A stretch of DNA of 64,000 nt from assembly GCA_964016885.1 (NCBI GenBank), contig OZ024744.1, positions 13,578,001-13,642,000 of the forward strand. Reading direction: 5' to 3'. Under the pieces are notes generated by a model. That model had not been told where the DNA came from and did no database searches. It saw only the letters and a program-made list of their open reading frames with translations. Below are positions 42,001 to 57,700 of this stretch, piece after piece (the stretch's first letter is position 1; every line of letters begins with the position of its first letter). Source of the DNA: Eledone cirrhosa (taxonomy: Eukaryota). The position numbers and the translations under genes are program-made.

Positions 42001-44550
42001 ATTGAGAGATCACAACTCCAATACTATGGACATGTGGTTAGAATGTCTCAGTAGATTAGAGTGTCATTCCAGTTAAAGCTACTCTCTAAATTGAGAGATC
42101 ACAACTTCCATACTATGGACATGTGAGTAGAATGTCTCAGTAGATCAGAGAGTCACTCCAGTTAAAGCCACTAATTCTCTAAATTGAGAGATCACAACTC
42201 CCATACTATGGACATGTGGTTAGAATGTCTCAGTAGATCAGAGAGTCACTCCAGTTAAAGCTACTCTCTAAATTGAGAGATCACAACTCCCATACTATGG
42301 ACATGTGGTTAGAATGTCTCAGTAGATCAGAGAGTCACTCCAGTTAAAGCCACTCTCTAAATTGAGAGATCACAACTCCAATACTATGGACATGGGGTTT
42401 GAAAGTCTCAGTAGATCAGAGAGTCACTCCAGTTAAAGCAACTCTCTAAGTTGAGAGATCACAACTCCAATACTATGGTCATGTGGTTAGAATGTTTCAG
42501 TAGATCAGAGAGTCACTCCAGTTAAAGCCACTCTCTAAATTGAGAGATCACAAATCCAATAATATGGACATGGGGTTTGAATGTCTCAGTACATCAGAGT
42601 GTCACTCCAGTTAAAGTTACTCTCTAAATTGAGAGATCACAACTCCAATACTATGGACATGGGGTTTGAATGTCTCAGCAGATCAGAGAGTCACTCCAGT
42701 TAAAGCTACTCTCTAAATTGAGAGATCACAACTCCAATACTATGGACATGGGGTTTGAAAGTCTCAGTAGATCAGAGTATCACTCCAGTTAAAGCTACTC
42801 TCTAAATTGAGAGATTACAACTCAAATACTATGGACATGGGGTTTCAATGTCTCAGTAGATCAGAGTGTCACTCCGGTTAAAGCCACTCTCTAAATTAAG
42901 AGATCACAACTTCCATACTATGGACATGTGGTTAAAATGTCTCAGTAGATCAGAGGGTCATTCCAGTTAAAGCCACTCTCTAAATTGAGAGGTCACAACT
43001 CCCGTACTATGGACGTGTGGTTAGAATGTCTCAGTAGATCAGAGAATCACTTCAGTTAAAGCTACTCTCTAAATTGAGAGATCACATCTCCCATACTATG
43101 GACATGTGGGTAGAATGTCTCAGTAGATCAGGGAGTCATTCTTGTTAAAGCTACTCTCTAAATTGAGAGATCACAACTCCCATACTATGGACATGTGGTT
43201 AGAATGTCTCAGTAGATCAGAGTGTCACTCCAGTTAAAGCCACTCTCTAAATTGAGGGATCACAACTCCCATACTATGGACATGTTGTTAGAATGTCTCA
43301 GTAGATCAGAGAGTCACTCCAATTAAAGCCACTCTCTAAATTGAGAGATCACAACTCCAATACTATGGACATGGGGTTTGAAAGTCTCAGTAGATTAGAG
43401 TGTCACTCCAGTTAAAGCTACTCTCTAAATTGAGAGATCACAACTCCAATACTATGGACATGGGGTTTGAATGTCTCAGTAGATCACAGAGTCGCTCAAG
43501 TTAAAGCCACTCTCTAAATTGAGAGATCACAACTCCAATACTATGAACATGTGGTTAGAATGTCTCAGTAGATCAGAGTGTCACTCCAGTTAAAGCTACT
43601 CTCTTAAATTGAGAGATCACAACTCCCATACTATGGACATGTGGTTAGAATGTCTCAGTAGATTAGAGTGTCATTCCAGTTAAAGCTACTCTCTAAATTG
43701 AGAGATCACAACTCCCATACTATGGACATGTGGGTAGAATGTCTCAGTAGATCAGAGAGTCACTCCAGTTAAAGCGACTAATTCTCTAAATTGAGAGATC
43801 ACAACTCCCATACTATGGACATGTGGTTAGAATTTCTCAGTAGATCAGAGAGTCACTCCAGTTAAAGCCACTCTCTAATTTGAGAGATCACAACTTCCAT
43901 ACTATGGACATGGGGTTTGAATGTCTCAGTAGATCAGAGATTCACTCCAGTTAAAGCTACTCTCTAAATTGAGAGATTACAACTCCAATACTATGGACAT
44001 GTGGTTAGAATTTCTCAGTAGATTAGAGAGTCACTCCAGTTAAAGCCACTCTCTAAATTGAGAGATCACAACTTCCATACTATTGACATGTGGTTAGAAT
44101 GTTTCAGTAGATCAGAGAGTCACTTCAGTTAAAGCCACTCTCTAAATTGAGAGATCACAACTCCAATAGTATGGTTATGTGGTTAGAATGTCTCAGTAGA
44201 TTAGAGAGTCACTCCAGTTAAAGCCACTCTCTAATTTGAGAGATCACAACTTCCATACTATGGACGTGTGGTTAGAATGTCTCAGTAGATCAGAGAATCA
44301 CTCCAGTTAAAGCTACTCTCTAAATTGAGAGATCACAACTACCATATTATGAACATGTGGTTAGAATGTCTCAGTAGATCAGAGAGTCACTCCAGTTAAA
44401 GCTACTCTCTAAATTGAGAGATCACAACTCCCATACTATGGAAATGTGGTTAGAATGTCTCAGTAGATCAGAGAGTCACTCCAGTTAAAGCCACTCTCTA
44501 AATTGAGAGATCACAACTCCCATACTATGGACATGTGGGTAGAATGTCTC
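36000..44550. repeat. Long-range duplication (~36.0-38.8 kb vs ~41.8-44.5 kb; offset 5715-5805 bp)
   Basis: TAAAGTGAG at 36108/41913 and GTGAGTAG at 36321/42126 give offset 5805. ATCACAGAGTCGC at 37768/43483 and the CTCTTAAATT 1-bp insertion at 37889/43604 give offset 5715. Confidence 0.75.
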
Positions 44551-45479
44551 AGTAGATCAGAGAGTCACTCCAGTTAAAGCCACTAATTCTCTAAATTGAG
44601 AGATCACAACTCCCATACTATGGACATGTGGTTAGAATGTCTCAGTAGATCAGAGAGTCACTCCTGTTAAGCCACTCTCTAAATTGAGAGATCACAACTC
44701 CAATACTATGGACATGGGGTTTGAAAGTCTCAGTAGATCAGAGTGTCACTCCAGTTAAAGCTACTCTCTAAATTAAGAGATTACAACTCCAATACTATGG
44801 ACATGTGGTTAGAATGTCTCAGTAGATTAGAGAGTCACTCCAGTTAAAGCCACTCTCTAAATTGAGAGATCACAACTCCAATACTATGGACATGTGACTA
44901 GAATGTCTCAGTAGATCAGGGAGTCATTCTTGTTAAAGCTACTCTCTAAATTGAGAGATCACAACTCCCATACTATGGACGTGTGGTTAGAATGTCTTCA
45001 GTAGATCAGAGAGTCACTCCAGTTAAAGCCACTCTCTAAATTGAGAGATCACAACTCCCATACTATGGACATGTGGTTAGAATGTCTCAGTAGATGAGAA
45101 AATCACTCCAGTTAAAGCTACACTCTAAATTGAGAGATCACAACTCCCATACTATGGACATGTGGTTAGAATGTCTCAGTAGATTAGAGTGTCAATCCAG
45201 TTAAAGCTACTCTCTAAATTGAGAGATCACAACTCCCATACTATGGACATGTGGTTAGAATGTCTCAGTAGATCAGAGAGTCACTCCAGTTAAGCCACTC
45301 TCTAAATTGAGAGATCACAACTTCAATACTATGGACATGTGGTTAGAATGTCTCAGTAGATCAGAGAGTCACTCCAGTTAAAGCTACTCACTAAATTGAG
45401 AGATCACAACTCCCATACCATGGACATGGGGTTTGAATGTCTCAGTAGATCAGAGATTCACTCCAGTTAAAGCTACTCT

Positions 45480-48400
45480 CTAAATTGAGAGATCACAACT
45501 CCAATACTATGGACATGGGGTTTGAAAGTCTCAGTAGATCAGAGTGTCACTCCAGTTAAAGCTACTCTCTAAATTAAGAGATTACAACTCCAATACTATG
45601 GACATGTGGTTAGAATGTCTCAGTAGATTAGAGAGTCACTCCAGTTAAAGCCACTCTCTAAATTGAGAGATCACAACTCCAATACTATGGACATGTGACT
45701 AGAATGTCTCAGTAGATCAGGGAGTCATTCTTGTTAAAGCTACTCTCTAAATTGAGAGATCACAACTCCCATACTATGGACATGTGGGTAGAATGTCTCA
45801 GTAGATCAGAGAGTCACTCCAGTTAAAGCGACTAATTCTCTAAACTGAGAGATCACAACTCCCATACTATGGACATGGGGTTTTAATGTCTCAGTAGATC
45901 AGAGAGTCACTCCAGTTAAAGCTACTCTCTAAATTGAGAGATCACAACTCCCATACTATGGACATGTGGTTAGAATGTCTCAGTAGATTAGAGTGTCAAT
46001 CCAGTTAAAGCTACTCTATAAATTGAGAGATTACAACTCCAATACTATGGACATGTGGTTAGAATGTCTCAGTAGATTAGAGTGTCAATCCAGTTAAAAC
46101 TACTCTCTAAATTGAGAGATCACATCTCCCATACTATGGACATGTGGGTAGAATGTCTCAGTAGATCAGAGAGTCACTCCAGTTAAAGCGACTAATTCTC
46201 TAAATTGAGAGATCACAACTCCCATACTATGGACATGGGGTTTTAATGTCTCAGTAGATCAGAGATTCACTCCAGTTAAAGCTACTCTCTAAATTGAGAG
46301 ATCACAACTCCAATACTATGGACATGGGGTTTGAAAGTCTCAGTAGATCAGAGTGTCACTCCAGTTAAAGCTATTCTCTAAATTGAGAGATTACAACTCC
46401 AATACTATGGACATGTGGTTAGAATGTCTCAGTAGATTAGAGAGTCACTCCAGTTAAAGCAATTCTCTAAGTTGAGAGATCACAACTCCAATACGATGGT
46501 CATGTGGTTAGAATGTCTCAGTAGATCAGAGAGTCACTCCAGTTAAAGCCACTCTCTAAATTGAGAGATCACAACTCCAATAATATGGACATGGGGTTTG
46601 AATGTCTCAGTACATCAGAGTGTCACTCCAGTTAAAGTTACTCTCTGAATTGAGAGATCACAATTCCTATACTATGGACATGGGGTTTGAAAGTCTCAGT
46701 AGATCAGAGTGTCACTCCAGTTTAAGCTACTCTCTAAATTGAGAGATTACAACTCCAATACTATGGACATGGGGTTTGAATGTCTCAGTAGATCAGAGAG
46801 TCACTCCATTTAAAGCTACTCTCTAAATTGAGAGATCACAACTCCCATACTATGGACATGTGGTTAGAATGTCTCAGTAGATTAGAGTGTCAATCCAGTT
46901 AAAGCTACTCTATAAATTGAGAGATCACAACTCCCATACTATGGACATGTGGGTAGAATGTCTCAGTAGATCAGAGAGTCACTCCAGTTAAAGCCACTAA
47001 TTCTCTAAATTGAGAGATCACAACTCCCATACTATGGACATGCGGTTAGAATGTCTCAGTAGATCAGAGAGAGAGTCACTCCTGTTAAGCCACTCTCTAA
47101 ATTGAGAGATCACAACTCCAATACTATGGACATGGGGTTTGAAAGTCTCAGTAGATCAGAGTGTCACTCCAGTTAAAGCTACTCTCTAAATTAAGAGATT
47201 ACAACTCCAATACTATGGACATGTGGTTAGAATGTCTCAGTAGATTAGAGAGTCACTCCAGTTAAAGCCACTCTCTAAATTGAGAGATCACAACTCCAAT
47301 ACTATGGACATGTGACTAGAATGTCTCAGTAGATCAGGGAGTCATTCTTGTTAAAGCTACTCTCTAAATTGAGAGATCACAACTCCCATACTATGGACAT
47401 GTGGGTAGAATGTCTCAGTAGATCAGAGAGTCACTCCAGTTAAAGCGACTAATTCTCTAAACTGAGAGATCACAACTCCCATACTATGGACATGGGGTTT
47501 TAATGTCTCAGTAGATCAGAGAGTCACTCCAGTTAAAGCTACTCTCTAAATTGAGAGATCACAACTCCCATACTATGGACATGTGGTTAGAATGTCTCAG
47601 TAGATTAGAGTGTCAATCCAGTTAAAGCTACTCTATAAATTGAGAGATTACAACTCCAATACTATGGACATGTGGTTAGAATGTCTCAGTAGATTAGAGT
47701 GTCAATCCAGTTAAAACTACTCTCTAAATTGAGAGATCACAACTCCCATACTATGGACATGTGGGTAGAATGTCTCAGTAGATCAGAGAGTCACTCCAGT
47801 TAAAGCGACTAATTCTCTAAATTGAGAGATCACAACTCCCATACTATGGACATGGGGTTTTAATGTCTCAGTAGATCAGAGATTCACTCCAGTTAAAGCT
47901 ACTCTCTAAATTGAGAGATCACAACTCCAATACTATGGACATGGGGTTTGAAAGTCTCAGTAGATCAGAGTGTCACTCCAGTTAAAGCTATTCTCTAAAT
48001 TGAGAGATTACAACTCCAATACTATGGACATGTGGTTAGAATGTCTCAGTAGATTAGAGAGTCACTCCAGTTAAAGCAATTCTCTAAGTTGAGAGATCAC
48101 AACTCCAATACGATGGTCATGTGGTTAGAATGTCTCAGTAGATCAGAGAGTCACTCCAGTTAAAGCCACTCTCTAAATTGAGAGATCACAACTCCAATAA
48201 TATGGACATGGGGTTTGAATGTCTCAGTACATCAGAGTGTCACTCCAGTTAAAGTTACTCTCTGAATTGAGAGATCACAATTCCTATACTATGGACATGG
48301 GGTTTGAAAGTCTCAGTAGATCAGAGTGTCACTCCAGTTAAAGCTACTCTCTAAATTGAGAGATTACAACTCCAATACTATGGACATGGGGTTTGAATGT

Positions 48401-48720
48401 CTCAGTAGATCAGAGAGTCACTCCAGTTAAAGCTACTCTCTAAATTGAGAGATCACAACTCCCATACTATGGACATGTGGTTAGAATGTCTCAGTAGATT
48501 AGAGTGTCAATCCAGTTAAAGCTACTCTATAAATTGAGAGATCACAACTCCCATACTATGGACATGTGGGTAGAATGTCTCAGTAGATCAGAGAGTCACT
48601 CTAGTTAAAGCCACTAATTCTCTAAATTGAGAGATCACAACTCCCATACTATGGACATGTGGTTAGAATGTCTCAGTAGATCAGAGAGAGAGTCACTCCT
48701 GTTAAGCCACTCTCTAAATT
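45480..48720. repeat. Tandem duplication of an 18-monomer block (offset 1617 bp)
   Basis: TAAACTGAG at 45845/47462, ATACGATGG at 46494/48111 and ATCAGAGAGAGAGTC at 47063/48680 are all offset by 1617. Confidence 0.85.
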
Positions 48721-51700
48721 GAGAGATCACAACTTCCATACTATGGACATGTGGTTAGAATGTCTCAGTAGATCAGAGAGTCACTCCAGTTAAAGCTACT
48801 CACTAAATTGAGAGATCACAACTCCCATACCATGGACATGGGGTTTGAATGTCTCAGTAGATCAGAGATTCACTCCAGTTAAAGCTACTCTCTAAATTGA
48901 GAGATAACAACTCCAATACTATGGACATGTGGTTAGAATGTCTCAGTAGATTAGAGTGTCAATCCAGTTAAAGCTACTCTCTAAATTGAGAGATCACAAC
49001 TCCCATACTATGGACATGTGGGTAGAATGTCTCAGTAGATCAGAGAGTCACTCCAGTTAAAGCCACTAATTCTCTAAATTGAGAGATCACAACTCCCATA
49101 CTATGGACATGGGGTTTGAATGTCTCAGTAGATCAGAGATTCACTCCAGTTAAAGCTACTCTCTAAATTGAGAGATCACAACTCCAATACTATGGACATG
49201 GGGTTTGAAAGTCTCAGTAGATCAGAGTGTCACTCCAGTTAAAGCTACTCTCTAAATTAAGAGATTACAACTCCAATACTATGGACATGTGGTTAGAATG
49301 TCTCAGTAGATTAGAAAGTCACTCCAGTTAAAGCCACTCTCTAAATTGAGAGATCACAACTCCAATACTATGGACATGGGGTTAGAATGTCTCAGTAGAT
49401 CAGAGTGTCACTCCAGTTAAAGCCACTCTCTAAATTGACAGATCACAACTACAATACTATGGTCATGTGGTTAGAATATCTCAGTAGATCAGAGAGTCAC
49501 TCCAGTTAAAGCTACTCTATAAATTGAGAGATCACAACTCCAATACTATGGACATGGGGTTTGAAAATCTCAGTAGATCAGAGTGTCACTCCAGTTAAAG
49601 CTACTCTCTAAATTGAGAGATCACAACTCCAATACTATGGACATTTGACTAGAATGTCTCAGTAGATCAGGGAGTCATTCTTGTTAAAGCTACTCTCTAA
49701 ATTGAGAGATCACAACTCCCATACTATGGACGTGTGGTTAGAATGTCTCAGTAGATCAGAGAATCACTCCAGTTAAAGCTACTCTCTAAATTGAGAGATC
49801 ACAACTACCATACTATGAACATGTGGTTAGAATGTCTCAGTAGATCAGAGAGTCACTCCAGTTAAAGCTACTCTCTAAATTGAGAGATCACAACTCCCTT
49901 ACTATGGAAATGTGGTTAGAATGTCTTCAGTAGATCAGAGAGTCACTCCAGTTAAAGCCACTCTCTAAATTGAGAGATCACAACTCCCATACTATGGACA
50001 TGTGGTTAGAATGTCTCAGTAGATGAGAAAGTCACTCCAGTTAAAGCTACACTCTAAATTGAGAGATCACAACTCCCATACTATGGACATGTGTTTAGAA
50101 TGTCTCAGTAGATTAGAGTGTCAATCCAGTTAAAGCTACTCTCTAAATTGAGAGATCACAACTCCCATACTATGGACATGTGGTTAGAATGTCTCAGTAG
50201 ATCAGAGAGTCACTCCAGTTAAGCCACTCTCTAAATTGAGAGATCACAACTTCAATACTATGGACATGTGGTTAGAATGTCTCAGTAGATAAGAGAGTAA
50301 CTCCAGTTAAAGCTACTCACTAAATTGAGAGATAACAACTCCCATACCATGGACATGTGGTTTGAATGTCTCAGTAGATCAGAGATTCACTCCAGTTAAA
50401 GCTACTCTCTAAATTGAGAGATAACAACTCCAATACTATGGACATGTGGTTAGAATGTCTCAGTAGATTAGAGTTTTAATCCAGTTAAAACTACTCTCTA
50501 AATTGAGAGATCACAACTCCCATACTATGGACATGTGGGTAGAATGTCTCAGTAGATCAGAGATTCACTCCAGTTAAAGCCACTCTCTAAATTGAGAGAT
50601 CACAACTCCAATACTATGGACATGGTGTTAGAATGTCTCAGTAGATCAGAGTGTCACTCCAGTTAAAGCCACTCTCTAAATTGAGAGATCACAACTTCCA
50701 TACTATGGACATGTGGTTAGAATGTCTCAGTAGATCAGAGTGTCACTCCAGTTAAAGCAATTCTCTAAGTTGAGAGATCACAACTCCAATACTATGGTCA
50801 TGTGGTTAGAATGTCTCAGTAGATCAGAGAGTCACTCCAGTTAAAGCTACTCTCTAAATTGAGAGATCACAACTCCTATACTATGGACATGGCGTTAGAA
50901 TGTCTCAGTAGATCAGAGTGTCACTCCAGTTAAAGCCACTCTCTAAATTGAGAGATCACAACTCCAATACTATGGACATGTGGTTAGAATGTCTCAGTAG
51001 ATTAGAGAGTCACTCCAGTTAAAGCCACTCTCTAAATTGAGAGATCACAACTCCAATACTATGGACATGTGGTTAGAATGTCTCAGTAGATCAGAGTGTC
51101 ACTCCAGTTAAAGCCACTCTCTAAATTGAGAGATCACAACTCCAATACTATGGACATGGGGTTAGAATGTCTCAGTAGATCAGAGTGTCACTCCAGTTAA
51201 AGCCACTCTCTAAATTGAGAGATCACAACTTCCATACTATGGACATGTGGTTAGAATGTCTCAGTAGATCAGAGAGTCACTCCAGTTAAAGCAATTCTCT
51301 AAGTTGAGAGATCACAACTCCAATACTATGGTCATGTGGTTAGAATGTCTCAGTAGATCAGAGAGTCACTCCAGTTAAAGCCACTCTCTAAATTGAGAGA
51401 TCACAACTCCAATAATATGGACATGGGGTTTGAATGTCTCAGTACATCAGAGTGTCACTCCAGTTAAAGTTACTCTCTAAATTGAGAGATCACAACTCCA
51501 ATACTATGGACATGGGGTTTGAATGTCTCAGTAGATCAGAGAGTCACTCCAGTTAAAGCTACTCTCTGAATTGAGAGATCACAATTCCTATACTATGGAC
51601 ATGGGGTTTGAAAGTCTTAGTAGATCAGAGTGTCACTCCAGTTGAAGCTACTCTCTAAATTGAGAGATTACAACTCCAATACTATGGACATGGGGTTTGA

Positions 51701-54700
51701 ATGTCTCAGTAGATCAGAGAGTCACTCCAGTTAAAGCTACTCTCTAAATTGAGAGATCACAACTCCCATACTATGGACATGTGGTTAGAATGTCTCAGTA
51801 GATCAGAGAGTCACTCCAGTTAAAGCTACTCTCTAAATTGAGAGATCACAACTCCCATACTATGGACATGTGGTTAGAATGTCTCAGTAGATCAGAGAGT
51901 CACTCCAGTTAAAGCCACTCTCTAAATTGAGAGATCACAACTCGCATACTATGGACATGTGGTTAGAATGTCTCAGTAGATCAGAGAGTCACTCCAGTTA
52001 AAGCTACTCTCTAAATTGAGAGATCACAACTCCCATAGTACGGACATGTGGTTAGAATGTCTCAGTAGATCAGAGAGTCACTCCAGTTAAAGCCACTCTC
52101 TAAATTGAGAGATCACAACTCCCATACTATGGACATGTGGTGAGAATGTCTCAGTAGATCAGAGAGTCACTCCAGTTAAAGCTACTCTATAAATTGAGAG
52201 ATCACAACTCCAATATTATGGACATGGGGTTTGAAAATCTCAGTAGATCAGAGTGTCACTCCAGTTAAAGCTACTCTCTAAATTGAGAGATCACAACTCC
52301 AATACTATGGACATTTGACTAGAATGTCTCAGTAGATCAGGGAGTCATTCTTGTTAAAGCTACTCTCTAAATTGAGAGATCACAACTCCCATACTATGGA
52401 CGTGTGGTTAGAATGTCTCAGTAGATCAGAGAATCACTCCAGTTAAAGCTACTCTCTAAATTTAGAGATCACAACTACCATACTATGAACATGTGGTTAG
52501 AATGTCTCAGTAGATCAGAGAGTCACTCCAGTTAAAGCTACTCTCTAAATTGAGAGATCACAACTCCCTTACTATGGAAATGTGGTTAGAATGTCTTCAG
52601 TAGATCAGAGAGTCACTCCAGTTAAAGCCACTCTCTAAATTGAGAGATCACAACTCCCATACTATGGACATGTGGTTAGAATGTCTCAGTAGATGAGAAA
52701 GTCACTCCAGTTAAAGCTACACTCTAAATTGAGAGATCACAACTCCCATACTATGGACATGTGGTTAGAATGTCTCAGTAGATTAGAGTGTCAATCCAGT
52801 TAAAGCTACTCTCTAAATTGAGAGATCACAACTCCCATACTATGGACATGTGGTTAGAATGTCTCAGTAGATCAGAGAGTCACTCCAGTTAAGCCACTCT
52901 CTAAATTGAGAGATCACAACTTCAATACTATGGACATGTGGTTAGAATGTCTCAGTAGATAAGAGAGTAACTCCAGTTAAAGCTACTCACTAAATTGAGA
53001 GATCACAACTCCCATACCATGGACATGTGGTTTGAATGTCTCAGTAGATCAGAGATTCACTCCAGTTAAAGCTACTCTCTAAATTGAGAGATAACAACTC
53101 CAATACTATGGACATGTGGTTAGAATGTCTCAGTAGATTAGAGTTTTAATCCAGTTAAAACTACTCTCTAAATTGAGAGATCACAACTCCCATACTATGG
53201 ACATGTGGGTAGAATGTCTCAGTAGATCAGAGATTCACTCCAGTTAAAGCCACTCTCTAAATTGAGAGATCACAACTCCAATACTATGGACATGGTGTTA
53301 GAATGTCTCAGTAGATCAGAGAGTCACTCCAGTTAAAGCCACTCTCTAAATTGAGAGATCACAACTCCAATAATATGGACATGGGGTTTGAATGTCTCAG
53401 TACATCAGAGTGTCACTCCAGTTAAAGTTACTCTCTGAATTGAGAGATCACAATTCCTATACTATGGACATGGGGTTTGAAAGTCTCAGTAGATCAGAGT
53501 GTCACTCCAGTTAAAGCTACTCTCTAAATTGAGAGATTACAACTCCAATACTATGGACATGGGGTTTGAATGTCTCAGTAGATCAGAGAGTCACTCCAGT
53601 TAAAGCTACTCTCTAAATTGAGAGATCACAACTCCCATACTATGGACATGTGGTTAGAATGTCTCAGTAGATTAGAGTGTCAATCCAGTTAAAGCTACTC
53701 TATAAATTGAGAGATCACAACTCCCATACTATGGACATGTGGGTAGAATGTCTCAGTAGATCAGAGAGTCACTCTAGTTAAAGCCACTAATTCTCTAAAT
53801 TGAGAGATCACAACTCCCATACTATGGACATGTGGTTAGAATGTCTCAGTAGATCAGAGAGAGAGTCACTCCTGTTAAGCCACTCTCTAAATTGAGAGAT
53901 CACAACTTCCATACTATGGACATGGGGTTAGAATGTCTCAGTAGATCAGAGAGTCACTCCAGTTAAAGCTACTCACTAAATTGAGAGATCACAACTCCCA
54001 TACCATGGACATGGGGTTTGAATGTCTCAGTAGATCAGAGATTCACTCCAGTTAAAGCTACTCTCTAAATTGAGAGATAACAACTCCAATACTATGGACA
54101 TGTGGTTAGAATGTCTCAGTAGATTAGAGTGTCAATCCAGTTAAAGCTACTCTCTAAATTGAGAGATCACAACTCCCATACTATGGACATGTGGGTAGAA
54201 TGTCTCAGTAGATCAGAGAGTCACTCCAGTTAAAGCCACTAATTCTCTAAATTGAGAGATCACAACTCCCATACTATGGACATGGGGTTTGAATGTCTCA
54301 GTAGATCAGAGATTCACTCCAGTTAAAGCTACTCTCTAAATTGAGAGATCACAACTCCAATACTATGGACATGGGGTTTGAAAGTCTCAGTAGATCAGAG
54401 TGTCACTCCAGTTAAAGCTACTCTCTAAATTAAGAGATTACAACTCCAATACTATGGACATGTGGTTAGAATGTCTCAGTAGATTAGAAAGTCACTCCAG
54501 TTAAAGCCACTCTCTAAATTGAGAGATCACAACTCCAATACTATGGACATGGGGTTAGAATGTCTCAGTAGATCAGAGTGTCACTCCAGTTAAAGCCACT
54601 CTCTAAATTGACAGGTCACAACTACAATACTATGGTCATGTGGTTAGAATATCTCAGTAGATCAGAGAGTCACTCCAGTTAAAGCTACTCTATAAATTGA

Positions 54701-57700
54701 GAGATCACAACTCCAATACTATGGACATGGGGTTTGAAAATCTCAGTAGATCAGAGTGTCACTCCAGTTAAAGCTACTCTCTAAATTGAGAGATCACAAC
54801 TCCAATACTATGGACATTTGACTAGAATGTCTCAGTAGATCAGGGAGTCATTCTTGTTAAAGCTACTCTCTAAATTGAGAGATCACAACTCCCATACTAT
54901 GGACGTGTGGTTAGAATGTCTCAGTAGATCAGAGAATCACTCCAGTTAAAGCTACTCTCTAAATTGAGAGATCACAACTACCATACTATGAACATGTGGT
55001 TAGAATGTCTCAGTAGATCAGAGAGTCACTCCAGTTAAAGCTACTCTCTAAATTGAGAGATCACAACTCCCTTACTATGGAAATGTGGTTAGAATGTCTT
55101 CAGTAGATCAGAGAGTCACTCCAGTTAAAGCCACTCTCTAAATTGAGAGATCACAACTCCCATACTATGGACATGTGGTTAGAATGTCTCAGTAGATGAG
55201 AAAGTCACTCCAGTTAAAGCTACACTCTAAATTGAGAGATCACAACTCCCATACTATGGACATGTGGTTAGAATGTCTCAGTAGATTAGAGTGTCAATCC
55301 AGTTAAAGCTACTCTCTAAATTGAGAGATCACAACTCCCATACTATGGACATGTGGTTAGAATGTCTCAGTAGATCAGAGAGTCACTCCAGTTAAGCCAC
55401 TCTCTAAATTGAGAGATCACAACTTCAATACTATGGACATGTGGTTAGAATGTCTCAGTAGATAAGAGAGTAACTCCAGTTAAAGCTACTCACTAAATTG
55501 AGAGATCACAACTCCCATACCATGGACATGTGGTTTGAATGTCTCAGTAGATCAGAGATTCACTCCAGTTAAAGCTACTCTCTAAATTGAGAGATAACAA
55601 CTCCAATACTATGGACATGTGGTTAGAATGTCTCAGTAGATTAGAGTTTTAATCCAGTTAAAACTACTCTCTAAATTGAGAGATCACAACTCCCATACTA
55701 TGGACATGTGGGTAGAATGTCTCAGTAGATCAGAGATTCACTCCAGTTAAAGCCACTCTCTAAATTGAGAGATCACAACTCCAATACTATGGACATGGTG
55801 TTAGAATGTCTCAGTAGATCAGAGTGTCACTCCAGTTAAAGCCACTCTCTAAATTGAGAGATCACAACTTCCATACTATGGACATGTGGTTAGAATGTCT
55901 CAGTAGATCAGAGAGTCACTCCAGTTAAAGCAATTCTCTAAGTTGAGAGATCACAACTCCAATACTATGGTCATGTGGTTAGAATGTCTCAGTAGATCAG
56001 AGAGTCACTCCAGTTAAAGCTACTCTCTAAATTGAGAGATCACAACTCCTATACTATGGACATGGCGTTAGAATGTCTCAGTAGATCAGAGTGTCACTCC
56101 AGTTAAAGCCACTCTCTAAATTGAGAGATCACAACTCCAATACTATGGACATGTGGTTAGAATGTCTCAGTAGATTAGAGAGTCACTCCAGTTAAAGCCA
56201 CTCTCTAAATTGAGAGATCACAACTCCAATACTATGGACATGTGGTTAGAATGTCTCAGTAGATCAGAGTGTCACTCCAGTTAAAGCCACTCTCTAAATT
56301 GAGAGATCACAACTCCAATACTATGGACATGGGGTTAGAATGTCTCAGTAGATCAGAGTGTCACTCCAGTTAAAGCCACTCTCTAAATTGAGAGATCACA
56401 ACTTCCATACTATGGACATGTGGTTAGAATGTCTCAGTAGATCAGAGAGTCACTCCAGTTAAAGCAATTCTCTAAGTTGAGAGATCACAACTCCAATACT
56501 ATGGTCATGTGGTTAGAATGTCTCAGTAGATCAGAGAGTCACTCCAGTTAAAGCCACTCTCTAAATTGAGAGATCACAACTCCAATAATATGGACATGGG
56601 GTTTGAATGTCTCAGTACATCAGAGTGTCACTCCAGTTAAAGTTACTCTCTCAATTGAGAGATCACAACTCCAATACTATGGACATGGGGTTTGAATGTC
56701 TCAGTAGATCAGAGAGTCACTCCAGTTAAAGCTACTCTCTGAATTGAGAGATCACAATTCCTATACTATGGACATGGGGTTTGAAAGTCTTAGTAGATCA
56801 GAGTGTCACTCCAGTTGAAGCTACTCTCTAAATTGAGAGATTACAACTCCAATACTATGGACATGGGGTTTGAATGTCTCAGTAGATCAGAGAGTCACTC
56901 CAGTTAAAGCTACTCTCTAAATTGAGAGATCACAACTCCCATACTATGGACATGTGGTTAGAATGTCTCAGTAGATCAGAGAGTCACTCCAGTTAAAGCT
57001 ACTCTCTAAATTGAGAGATTAAAACTCCCATACTATGGACATGTGGTTAGAATGTCTCAGTAGATCAGAGAGTCACTCCAGTTAAAGCCACTCTCTAAAT
57101 TGAGAGATCACAACTCGCATACTATGGACATGTGGTTAGAATGTCTCAGTAGATCAGAGAGTCACTCCAGTTAAAGCTACTCTCTAAATTGAGAGATCAC
57201 AACTCCCATAGTACGGACATGTGGTTAGAATGTCTCAGTAGATCAGAGAGTCACTCCAGTTAAAGCCACTCTCTAAATTGAGAGATCACAACTCCCATAC
57301 TATGGACATGTGGTGAGAATGTCTCAGTAGATCAGAGAGTCACTCCAGTTAAAGCTACTCTATAAATTGAGAGATCACAACTCCAATATTATGGACATGG
57401 GGTTTGAAAATCTCAGTAGATCAGAGTGTCACTCCAGTTAAAGCTACTCTCTAAATTGAGAGATCACAACTCCAATACTATGGACATTTGACTAGAATGT
57501 CTCAGTAGATCAGGGAGTCATTCTTGTTAAAGCTACTCTCTAAATTGAGAGATCACAACTCCCATACTATGGACGTGTGGTTAGAATGTCTCAGTAGATC
57601 AGAGAATCACTCCAGTTAAAGCTACTCTCTAAATTTAGAGATCACAACTACCATACTATGAACATGTGGGTAGAATGTCTCAGTAGATCAGAGTGTCACT

